59,323 nucleotides of DNA from Patescibacteria group bacterium (GTDB taxonomy: Bacteria > Patescibacteriota > UBA1384 > XYA2-FULL-43-10 > 1-14-0-10-43-13), in NCBI GenBank assembly GCA_038078835.1, contig JBBTQI010000002.1, forward strand, positions 1 through 59,323. Reading direction: 5' to 3'. Position numbers and translations under genes: made by a program. A model generated the notes under the pieces. That model made no database searches. It had not been told where the DNA came from and saw only the letters and a list, made by a program, of their open reading frames with translations. Shown in pieces: positions 29,006 to 39,058 of this stretch; within the stretch, counting starts at the first letter, position 1; the number at the start of each line of letters is the position of its first letter.

Positions 29006-29494
29006 ATGATCAAGGTTGCACCAAAGTCAAGAGCGGTAAAAATTAAAACGGCGGGGTTGATACAGCGGGCTAGAGAGTTGCCGATCAAGCCGCACGTCAA
29101 AAACATCTGGCGGCGGGTTCGGCGGCAGGGGAATGGGAGGGGCGAGGAGTTCTCGCTGAAGGATATTAAGCAAGAAAAAAAGGAGGCGAAAGCGGGCTCT
29201 TTTCCCTTGATCGACGTTAAGGTACGTCATCGCATTCTGTCAACTTTGGCCTACCTCCAGATTTTACTGGTCATTCCCCTCTTCCTTGGCCGAAGAGACA
29301 GTTTTGTCCGCCATCATGTCAGGCAGGGTGTGGCCCTACTTGTGGTCTGGGCATTTGTCCCCTTTCTCTTTTGGCTGCCCCTTGTCGGCTGGCTTGGGCT
29401 TGCCTTTCTTCTCTTTGAACTGTTTTGGGGCACTGTCAGCGCCGGCCGTGGCCGCAAAGGTGCTCTTCCTCTCGTCGCCAGACTTGTGGTATAA
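29006..29494 (+). CDS. Membrane protein (DUF4870-like pattern)
   Basis: AAGAGG RBS. LAYLQILLVIPLFLGRRDSFVRHHVRQGVALLV resembles that family. Tentative. Confidence 0.45.
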   Translation: MIKVAPKSRAVKIKTAGLIQRARELPIKPHVKNIWRRVRRQGNGRGEEFSLKDIKQEKKEAKAGSFPLIDVKVRHRILSTLAYLQILLVIPLFLGRRDSFVRHHVRQGVALLVVWAFVPFLFWLPLVGWLGLAFLLFELFWGTVSAGRGRKGALPLVARLVV

Positions 29495-29628
29495 TTACAC
29501 TTCGGGTAACGTCTAATGTTTATCGGTTACGAAGCCCATATCGGTAACGATAAGCGGTGACGTAACCCAGAGACGCTTAACGAAACGGGCCTCGCTACCA
29601 TGACCCTTAGACGAAGAACGGTTTTGTA

Positions 29629-30504
29629 GTGTACACCCAAATTGATTCCAACAAACGGCGGACGGCACTATTGATCGGATTTTTTCTGATTCTTGTTATC
29701 GGTTTGGGTTGGATCTTGGCCCGAGTTTATGGTAATCCGGCGATTCTGGTCTTTGCCGTCATTTTTAGTCTTGTTCAGGCTCTTGTCAGCTACTATTATT
29801 CCGATTCGATTACCCTCGCCGTTTCGGGTGCCCGTGAGGCGCCGCGCCGGGAGCCCTTTTTGGAGCTCCACCGTCTGGTGGAGAATCTGGCCATTACCGC
29901 CGGCCTGCCCAAGCCGCGCCTTTATGTTATTAACGACTCGGCCCCCAACGCCTTTGCTACCGGCCGCGACCCCAAGCACGCGGTGGTGGCGGTAACGACC
30001 GGCTTGCTTGATAAGCTTAACAAACGGCAATTGGAGGGTGTGATTGCGCACGAGATGAGCCACGTTGGCAACTACGACATTCGCCTGATGACGGTGGTGG
30101 TGGTTCTGGTGGGGATTGTCGCCCTGGCTTCCGACTGGTTTATGCGCTCGCTCTGGTTCCGAGGGCACGATAATGATAACCGGCAGGGCAATGGAATCTT
30201 ACTTTTAATCGGCATTGCCGCCGCCATCCTGGCTCCCCTCTTTGCTACCCTGATTCAGCTGGCAATCAGCCGCCGCCGCGAGTACCTGGCGGATGCTTCC
30301 GGCGTGCTCTTAACCCGCTATCCCGAGGGTTTGGCTGAGGCGCTGGAGATTATCTCGCGCGACAAGGAACCGCTCGAGGCGGCCAATCGCGCCACGGCGC
30401 ATCTCTATATTGCCAATCCTCTCAAGGGCCGAGACGTCGCCGTCTGGTTCTCGACTCACCCTCCCGTCCAGGATCGAATCAAGCGTCTGCGGGCGATGAT
30501 CTAA
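29629..30504 (+). CDS. htpX: Zinc metalloprotease HtpX (M48)
   Basis: HEMSHV zinc motif, four TM segments, C-terminal STHPPVQDRI. Confidence 0.9.
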   Translation: MYTQIDSNKRRTALLIGFFLILVIGLGWILARVYGNPAILVFAVIFSLVQALVSYYYSDSITLAVSGAREAPRREPFLELHRLVENLAITAGLPKPRLYVINDSAPNAFATGRDPKHAVVAVTTGLLDKLNKRQLEGVIAHEMSHVGNYDIRLMTVVVVLVGIVALASDWFMRSLWFRGHDNDNRQGNGILLLIGIAAAILAPLFATLIQLAISRRREYLADASGVLLTRYPEGLAEALEIISRDKEPLEAANRATAHLYIANPLKGRDVAVWFSTHPPVQDRIKRLRAMI

Positions 30505-30537
30505 AATAAAAAAGGCGGGGGACCAGGCGGCCCCCGC
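30504..30537 (-). terminator. Terminator of the amidase gene (- strand)
   Basis: GCGGGGG (30515..30521) / CCCCCGC (30531..30537). The A-run at 30504..30513 gives a U-run on the - strand. Confidence 0.55.
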
Positions 30538-30544
30538 ACGGGGT

Positions 30545-31372
30545 TCAGTTTGCATAGCCTGTTCGTACACGTCGAGGATAGTTCTCGGAGATGCCGGTGG
30601 CTTTGCTGGTGAGGTGATCGGCCATCGCAATGATGCGCTCACGACCGCCATCCCAGAACCATTTGCCGGGACACTTGGTCGGCCCCTTGCCGCCATCCTT
30701 TATCTCTTTCCGCACCTCGTTGTGGGCGACCAGCCACCTGATGGGGTTCTTGGCATTGTACTCGACGATGATACGGGCGATAGCCCAGAGAATCTCGTCT
30801 GACGGCCAGACTTGGTCATAGTCGCCGTCGAGGCAGATGTTGATGGCCTCGCAGTTGGTCTCCCAGTTGCCGTTGCCCCAGCCGATGGCACCACTCAACA
30901 GATGCTGCTCGCGGATGACCTCTTTATGATCGGGAGTGGTGATCTCCCGAATGTACCAGTGGTACATGGTGAAGGTCTCCTGGATCTTGCTGTCGATGAT
31001 CCAGAAGTGGCCGGAGTACGGCGGCGTGCCAGGAGCAACGAAGGGGTCTTTGTTGCCGTTCTCGAAGATACCCCTATATCCGCCGTTCTCAAAGCCGGCA
31101 TCTGAGAGATCTTGGAATGTGAGGTTTCGGCCGGCGGCATGGTGGATGACCACAACGCACGGCTTCTCGCGCCCACCATCCCAGTCGATCTTCGGCACTT
31201 TCTGCTTGTTTACCTCGACGTAGCCGAGGTTGCCAACCGGAGCCATGGTGGTGGCATAGACCACCCCTCTATCAGGTGGTGGTTCTCCGAGCTTGATCTG
31301 GCCCTGGCTGCGGTTGCAGCCGGCGGCAAACACCATTGCCGCCAGGATCAGAATGGCATTACCTGTATTCAT
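30545..31372 (-). CDS. Lipoprotein N-acetylmuramoyl-L-alanine amidase (Amidase_2/PGRP-like)
   Basis: Lipobox (VFAAGC), VVVIHHAAG, GWGNGNWETNCEAINICLDGDY, and LVAHNEV...TKCPGKWF. Confidence 0.65.
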   Translation of the reverse strand: MNTGNAILILAAMVFAAGCNRSQGQIKLGEPPPDRGVVYATTMAPVGNLGYVEVNKQKVPKIDWDGGREKPCVVVIHHAAGRNLTFQDLSDAGFENGGYRGIFENGNKDPFVAPGTPPYSGHFWIIDSKIQETFTMYHWYIREITTPDHKEVIREQHLLSGAIGWGNGNWETNCEAINICLDGDYDQVWPSDEILWAIARIIVEYNAKNPIRWLVAHNEVRKEIKDGGKGPTKCPGKWFWDGGRERIIAMADHLTSKATGISENYPRRVRTGYAN

Positions 31373-31503
31373 CCGTTCCCTCCATTCCTTCCGTGCCTGG
31401 TAGGGAAATAATACACAATTTTATCCAGATTGGCAAGTCTGCGGTCGTCTCTTTATGCAGTCACCCATCCTTAATATGCTTGACATGCTGGTGTTTCACT
31501 CTC

Positions 31504-31550
31504 AAAAAATACTCACTTGATCACGATCGGAAGCAAGTGAGTATTTTTTT
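31504..31550. repeat. 38-nt hairpin element, copy 1 (bidirectional terminator-like)
   Basis: AATACTCACTTG (31508..31519), 14-nt loop, CAAGTGAGTATT (31534..31545), flanked by A- and T-runs. Confidence 0.85.
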
Positions 31551-31601
31551 CTGATACTTATCGGGAAATTATAATCGTTACAAAGTTTAATTTAGGCAAA
31601 G

Positions 31602-32204
31602 TTAGGTTAGGTCTGAAAGAGAGAGGATTTCCTTGTCGAGAAACACTTCGGTGATTGATTCCTCACCCTCGATAATATCGGTAATCATGTACTTGATGCA
31701 GCTGCGTCCGCCATATTGGCGGCAGATTTTATTGATCTCAGCCGTACATTCAAAGGGAAAGATAAAAACGCTTTTTTGAATTTGTTCAAAACCTACACGA
31801 TAAAGCTGGAGACGAATTGAATCTCTAGTTCCTCGGTGATTCTCGGGAACATCATAGATAACGATGCGCCATTTTTTATCCCATTTTTCCGGGCGCTTAA
31901 AACTAATTGGTGCCAGCCTTCTTTTTAGCGTTTCCTTGCCCTCTTTGGTTATCTCTAGATAATAACGTTTTTTTTCGATCGTTTTTCGAATCAACCCCCG
32001 GCATTTTAGGCGGTAAATTTTCTGGCGAAAATTTTTCCAATCTACCTCTCTCGGACCGGCGTAACCCGACGTACGCCGGGAGTAACCGTGATCGCGGGAA
32101 AAAATATCATCGAGGCTAACAACAACCTTATCAAGCCGATTTTCCAAATAGGCCAGTAACTCAATAGTGGTCAATTTTATAATTTCCTTTGTCTCTTTTT
32201 CCAT
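31602..32204 (-). CDS. PaaX-like / Cas2-fold winged-helix regulator
   Basis: WDKKWRIVIYDVPENHRGTRDSIRLQLYRVGFEQIQKSVFIFPFE matches the PaaX C-terminal pattern. Confidence 0.6.
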   Translation of the reverse strand: MEKETKEIIKLTTIELLAYLENRLDKVVVSLDDIFSRDHGYSRRTSGYAGPREVDWKNFRQKIYRLKCRGLIRKTIEKKRYYLEITKEGKETLKRRLAPISFKRPEKWDKKWRIVIYDVPENHRGTRDSIRLQLYRVGFEQIQKSVFIFPFECTAEINKICRQYGGRSCIKYMITDIIEGEESITEVFLDKEILSLSDLT

Positions 32205-32227
32205 TGACTTAATTATAGCAGTAAATT

Positions 32228-32271
32228 AAAAAATACTCACTTGCTTCCGATCGTGAACAAGTGAGTATTTT
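32228..32271. repeat. 38-nt hairpin element, copy 2 (inverted relative to copy 1)
   Basis: Same 12-bp stem (32232..32243 / 32258..32269). The loop cttccgatcgtgaa is the reverse complement of the copy 1 loop with one mismatch. Confidence 0.85.
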
Positions 32272-32337
32272 CCTGTCATCTCGCAAGCAGTTTCTTCGCT
32301 CTAAGCCACATTGCTCAGGATGACAGTGGTTACCAAT

Positions 32338-32516
32338 CCGTGAAACCGGAAATTAAATATCTAATCTGTATCTTTATATTCCTCCCCTAGGTTAGGGGAG
32401 GTTAGGTGGGGTGGTAAAATAGATCGGTCTCGTACCCCTCTAGCTCCCCCTGTCTTGGGAGAGAAACACAAGTAATAGCAAATGCCAGTCATGATATTTA
32501 ATTTCCGGTTTCACGG
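32338..32516. repeat. 179-bp element bounded by a perfect 24-bp inverted repeat
   Basis: CCGTGAAACCGGAAATTAAATATC (32338..32361) versus its exact reverse complement (32493..32516). Inner hairpin CCTCCCCTA-ggt-TAGGGGAGG at 32381..32401. Confidence 0.85.
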
Positions 32517-32627
32517 ACCAATCCCCTGACTGTTAGGTTCAGTTGTGGTAAGATTTGCCCAGTTCGGGCAAGTGGAATCTTTCCACAGATCTTGCCAAGA
32601 GGGCTGAATGTGAAAGAAGGTTGAACA

Positions 32628-33172
32628 ATGGCGCTTGACAAACAGAAGCTCGAGGAACAGATCAGGTGGTTAGAGGAAAGAGGTCTTCTGACTCTGGTCA
32701 TCTGACTCTCTGGCCGCCGATCAAGGAGAGGAGAGAGACAACCGAAGATGACCGGCTGGAATTGGCAGAGGATGCCTGGCGACAAGCAACTAGGCAAGCC
32801 AATGAACCGATGCATCAAACGGGTCGCCTTAAGCTTCAGACAACCCTACAGACAGCCTGCGAGATTCTCTTTGATCGGATCGCCAGTCTGGAGATCAGGC
32901 ATGGAGAGGATCGGGAGACCATCGCCGTTCTCCGGAGCCGCTTGGCCGACGCAGAGGTAGCCATTGCCGGCCATGAGCGTGGTGCCACTGTTCTGGCGAC
33001 GGAGAGCTTCGTTTTCCGTCGGCTGGCCGCGGCATCTCCTGCTCGTTCTGGCCGCAACCGTAATCGACCAATGGTAGGTGAGATACCCCACGACTCCGGC
33101 GATCCGGAGGACGGGTTGGCAGATTCTGTCACCGGAGAGGCGATCAATTGTCCGCCCTGCGGTGCGGGGTAG
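32628..33172 (+). pseudogene. Coiled-coil orphan gene with a frame break at a 9-nt direct repeat
   Basis: ATG at 32628 (MALDKQKLEEQIRWLEERG..) stops at 32703..32705. The 168-aa ORF (32666..33172) continues in another frame. Deleting 14 nt between the TCTGACTCT copies (32687..32695, 32701..32709) fuses the two frames. Confidence 0.4.
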
Positions 33173-33287
33173 CGCACAATGTGGGAGGGGAAGAATACGG
33201 GTTGGCTGACATGCCAACCCTTTTTTAATTGGATTTTCTTGGGTGAAATCGGTAAAATAGGCACAGAGAGGAAAATTGAGAGATTGA

Positions 33288-35366
<2,079 letters not shown>

Positions 35367-35493
35367 ATGTCAAAGATTCTACCTCCCCTTATCCTCTTCT
35401 GCTCTGGGAGGGGGAAATGAAATAATGTTTCTAAAAAAATCTATAACGGGACTACATAATATCCAGAGAGGAATAATTTTCCCTCTCCCCTTC

Positions 35494-35521
35494 TTGACAA
35501 ACTATAAAAGGGTGCTACAAT
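35494..35521 (+). promoter_or_regulatory. Near-consensus sigma70 promoter facing the ORF-free GC-rich region
   Basis: TTGACA (35494..35499), 16-nt spacer, TACAAT (35516..35521). Confidence 0.5.
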
Positions 35522-35527
35522 AGCGAC

Positions 35528-36714
35528 AAACCCTGAGTAGGCAAGAGACTACCAGGTCAAGGGCAAGGTGGTGCCAATGGGCCGGCCGCCGTTCGATGGC
35601 GGTGTGGTCTGTTGGGCTGTCGTTGCCGGCCACCTAGACGGCGGCCTCGGCGAGAGAAGAGTGCGGTCGGCCTACCGGGCCGCATGATCGGGACACCTAC
35701 GGAGGGTCCCGAGACAACAGGTAGAATGAGCGCGGACATCGCCCTAAACCGCGCGGGTGAGCAGTCTCACCTTCCCAAGGGCACGGTAGAGGCCGAGTCG
35801 GGAGCGGCGGCGGCGTTATGCTGACGATGTTCCTTGTCGCCGCTCCCGGCCTGTGAAGGAGGAACCATGGGAGGACAGTGGATTCGGGGTCCACTCAGTC
35901 GTCCGAGGTGTCACTCCTGTCTTGCGGGGATTGGTCGACGGTGCCGCGACGCGATTGGTACCTTCGATGCGGCTTTCGGGCCGTTAGTCCGCGCGAGACG
36001 TTCGGTTCCGGTCATCTCTTAGGTTCGCATGTCCCGGAGGTGCGATGGCTAGAAACACATCGCCTCTCCGCCGGCGCAGGGCCGAGGACCCTGTCTGCCG
36101 GTCCGACTCGACACCGCCGAACAGCAACGGGGCGGTTGCCAGAGCCTCCAGCTGGCACCGCACTGAATGCGTAGCGGGAAGGCGCACGAGCCCCAAATGG
36201 CCACCAATGAGTGGCAGTGGGCACATTGTGTCGACCTATCCCCTCCCCAAACGGGGCGCATCGGCCTGAAGTGGCGCTCTCCTGCTTCTGGCCATGAAAC
36301 TGAGAGCACCCGTTCGGTTCGGCAACGCCGGCGGCTGGATCCTGCCATAGTGTGGTAGGTAGGTAAGCTCCCTGCAGGAGCCAATGGCGGATCCAGCCGC
36401 GTTCTTGTGCGCAACGGGTAACCAGCGCACAAGGCAGGGAGACGTCGGCCCTGTCTCCCTGCCTGCATTCATTCTCCCGGCGTCTTCCACTCCGATTCAT
36501 CTTATGCCGGGAGACTGGGTGGCAACGGCCCAAACTTGTCGAGTTAGCCAATCACATTCTAAGCCCGTCAGGGCACAAGGGTGACGATCTTCGGCAAGGG
36601 GAGTGCTGTTGCCCCCGCCCTATTGCCGGCGCTGATTGCCGGTTTCCGAGCCGATAGCGGTGGTAAGTCAATTTGATGCCCCTAACAAGGTGTTGAAGAC
36701 TTCCACCGCTTTTT
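35528..36714 (+). ncRNA. Candidate large (~1.2 kb) structured non-coding RNA, family unknown
   Basis: No credible ORF in any frame and GC-rich. Many nested helices of 9 to 15 bp, with G.U pairs valid only on the + strand. Has its own promoter and a terminator-like 3' end. Confidence 0.5.
36657..36714 (+). terminator. Terminator-like hairpin at the end of the candidate RNA
   Basis: GCGGTGGTAAGTC (36657..36669) pairs with GACTTCCACCGC (36698..36709) with a 1-nt bulge and a 28-nt loop, followed by TTTTT (36710..36714). Confidence 0.35.
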
Positions 36715-36837
36715 CATAACAAGAAAAACCCATGCCCATAAGGGCGGGGTAAGTAAGATAGTAAACGCCGCAGGCGTATTCAGTTTGTCGTTTTATAAGG
36801 CTTGAATACAGATAGGGGAAAGTGATAAGGTTGTTTT

Positions 36838-36912
36838 AGTAGCTGGGTATCAGTAGTTAGAAATTAGGAATTGTTTTTTTCCAGCTACCAACTACTAAAT
36901 TCCTAGCTGCTT
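36838..36912. repeat. GTAGCTGG / AGTAGTT / TAGGAATT word spacer upstream of gatC
   Basis: Each word reappears as its reverse complement (CCAGCTAC, AACTACT, AATTCCTA), but in the same order rather than nested. Confidence 0.7.
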
Positions 36913-36917
36913 TATAT

Positions 36918-37208
36918 ATGGCCATTAATATTGATCAAGTAAAACATATTGCCAAGTTATCGCGCTTGGAGTTAAGTAAAGAGGAAGAGATGAAATATAC
37001 AAAAGAGCTCTCCTCTATTTTGGACTATGTCAATCAATTATCGAAAGTTGAGACAGAGAGTATTGAACCAATGGCTAATATTACAGGCTTGGAAAATGTT
37101 ATGCGGGAGGATAAAGTCGAAGAATTGGGAATATCGCACGACGATATTAAGAAGAACTCTCCAGAGTTTAAGGGTGGTTATTTTATTGTGCCGGGAGTGT
37201 TTGAATAA
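36918..37208 (+). CDS. gatC: Glu/Asp-tRNA amidotransferase subunit C
   Basis: VKHIAKLSRLELSKEEEMKYTKELSSILDYV is the typical GatC pattern. Confidence 0.85.
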   Translation: MAINIDQVKHIAKLSRLELSKEEEMKYTKELSSILDYVNQLSKVETESIEPMANITGLENVMREDKVEELGISHDDIKKNSPEFKGGYFIVPGVFE

Positions 37209-37293
37209 ATCAAAAGTGAGTCCGTCCGCTTCGCGGATGGTGGGATCCTCACGTCACCCGTTGTTACGGGTTCCTCAGGATGACAGATAGGAA

Positions 37294-38886
37294 ATGGAAC
37301 TGAATAAACTGACAATCAAAGAGGCTAGCGAAAGATTAGCTAGGAGCGAGATTACCTCGGTTGAATTGACTGAAGCGGTTTTTGAGCGAATTGAGGCGGT
37401 AGAATCAAAAATCGGAGCGTATATAACTCTGACCAAAGAATTAGCATTAAAGCAGGCGAAAGAATCAGATAAGCGTAGAAAAGCAGACAAACCACTCTCA
37501 GAAATCGATGGTATTCCAATCTCTCTAAAAGATGTTGTGTTAACAAAAGGAATTAAGACAACTGCAGCTTCAAAGATTCTTGATGATTTTATTCCGCCCT
37601 ACAATGCAACTGTTTATGAAAGATTAATGAGTGCTGGCAGTGTCCTGACCGGAAAAGTGAATACCGATGAATTCACCATGGGTTCATCAACGGAAGCATC
37701 GGCGTACAAGACAGCAAAAATCCCTCACCCTCACCCTAACCCTCTCCCTGAAAGGGAGAGGGAATTAAGAGGAACTCCCTCGCCCATTCCGATGGGAGAG
37801 GGTAGGGGTGAGGGTATATCAACAACAAGAAATCCCTGGGATTTGTCTCGTGTACCAGGCGGTTCATCGGGCGGACCGGCAGCAGCAGTAGCAACTGATG
37901 AATGCTTGGCTTCAGTCGGAACGGATACCGGCGGATCAATTCGCCAACCAGCGAGCTTTTGCAGCATCACCGGCCTTAAGGTTTCTTATGGTTTGGTTTC
38001 TCGATATGGCGTTGTAAGTTATGCTTCCAGTTTTGACACCGTTGGTCCGATGGCCAAATCGGTTGAAGATATAGCGATTGTGTTAAATAAAATCGCCGGA
38101 AATGATCCTCGCGATAGCACATCGGTGGCGCATGACCTGCCGGATTATTTAACATCATTAAATTCTAAAATAACCGGTAAGAAGATCGGTATTCCAAAAG
38201 AATTTTACGGCGAGAGTTTGGATCCGGAAGTAGCATCAAAGTTAAGAGACGCAGAAAAAGTCTTTGAAAAACTAGGCGCAAAAATGGTTCCGGTTTCATT
38301 ACCGTTAACTCATTATGCGATTGCCGCTTACTACATCCTGGTTAAATCAGAGGCTTCCTCAAACATGTCGCGGTATGATGGTATTCGCTATGGCCATTCC
38401 GTCTTGAAGAACAAGAAACTTGATCGAAGACTTTCGATACTGGATGTTTATCTGGAGAGCAGGTCAGAGGGATTCGGTCCGGAGGTAAAGCGATCAATTA
38501 TGATGGGGACGCATACTCTTTCCTCCGGCTACTTTGATGCTTATTATAGAAATGCGGCTAAAGTTCGAACTTGTATTAAGCGTGAGTATGAAAGAGTTTT
38601 TAGGGAAGTTGATGTTTTATTGGCGCCGATCTCCCCTTTTCCGGCTTTCCGACTAGGCGAGAAGATTGATGATCCGTTGTTGATGTATCTGGCGGATGTT
38701 GATACGGTGCCGGTCAATATTGCCGGAATTCCGGCTTTGAGTATTCCAGTCGGATTTACCAGTAATAATTTGCCGGTCGGTTTGCAGTTGATCGGGCCGA
38801 TGTGGGGGGAATCGACGCTTTTACAAGTCGGACACGCTTTCCAGCAAGAGACTGATTGGCATCTTAAAAAACCAGTAATTAAATGA
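37294..38886 (+). CDS. gatA: Glu/Asp-tRNA amidotransferase subunit A (amidase signature)
   Basis: GIPISLKD, GGSSGGPAAAVA and GTDTGGSIRQPA motifs. Carries an in-frame insertion. Confidence 0.9.
   Translation: MELNKLTIKEASERLARSEITSVELTEAVFERIEAVESKIGAYITLTKELALKQAKESDKRRKADKPLSEIDGIPISLKDVVLTKGIKTTAASKILDDFIPPYNATVYERLMSAGSVLTGKVNTDEFTMGSSTEASAYKTAKIPHPHPNPLPERERELRGTPSPIPMGEGRGEGISTTRNPWDLSRVPGGSSGGPAAAVATDECLASVGTDTGGSIRQPASFCSITGLKVSYGLVSRYGVVSYASSFDTVGPMAKSVEDIAIVLNKIAGNDPRDSTSVAHDLPDYLTSLNSKITGKKIGIPKEFYGESLDPEVASKLRDAEKVFEKLGAKMVPVSLPLTHYAIAAYYILVKSEASSNMSRYDGIRYGHSVLKNKKLDRRLSILDVYLESRSEGFGPEVKRSIMMGTHTLSSGYFDAYYRNAAKVRTCIKREYERVFREVDVLLAPISPFPAFRLGEKIDDPLLMYLADVDTVPVNIAGIPALSIPVGFTSNNLPVGLQLIGPMWGESTLLQVGHAFQQETDWHLKKPVIK
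37714..37822 (+). repeat. In-frame palindromic insertion in gatA (~36 codons)
   Basis: CCCTCTCCC-tgaaa-GGGAGAGGG hairpin (37740..37762). Left arm 37728..37748 matches the reverse complement of 37794..37814. Encodes AKIPHPHPNPLPERERELRGTPSPIPMGEGRGEGIST between STEASAYKT and TRNPWD. Confidence 0.8.
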
Positions 38887-39038
38887 CCAAGAAACAAGAG
38901 ACAAGATACAGACAATTGCCAATAGTCAAAAGACAAACACCAAACAGATTCCAAATCCTAACGTCTAATACCTAAGTGTTTGATGATTGAACATTTGGTA
39001 ATTGAGATTTGTTTGGTTATTGTGTCTTGTGTCTTGGT
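38886..39038. repeat. CCAAGAMACAAGA / TCTTGTGTCTTGG word spacer (long imperfect palindrome)
   Basis: Arms at 38886..38922 and 38995..39038 are imperfect reverse complements. Confidence 0.65.
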
Positions 39039-39058
39039 TATTACTCCGAAGGAGTTTA

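Noticed and set aside
32498-32818. 106-aa ORF on the - strand overlapping the MITE-like element and the frame-broken gene
   Set aside because: It has no RBS, starts inside the + strand coiled-coil gene, and runs into the right inverted-repeat arm (32493..32516). Its translation looks non-coding.
35557-36584. Roughly a dozen ORFs of 60 to 179 aa in all six frames (for example 36012..36551 -, 36049..36468 -, 35878..36174 +)
   Set aside because: They overlap each other and lack RBSs. Their Arg/Pro/Gly/Cys-rich translations are typical of random ORFs in GC-rich DNA. The region is better explained as structured RNA.
35528-36714. Possible identity of the structured region with RNase P RNA, tmRNA, SRP RNA, an rRNA fragment or a group II intron
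   Set aside because: I see no GGAAAGUCC/P4 motif and no tmRNA acceptor/T-arm with a tag ORF. GGGGATTGGTCGACGG at 35926 is only superficially tmRNA-like and has no matching 3' end. I see no SRP GGAA/AGCA domain IV, no rRNA universal blocks, and no GUGYG 5' end with a domain V hairpin. This is eye inspection only, so a covariance-model scan is still needed.
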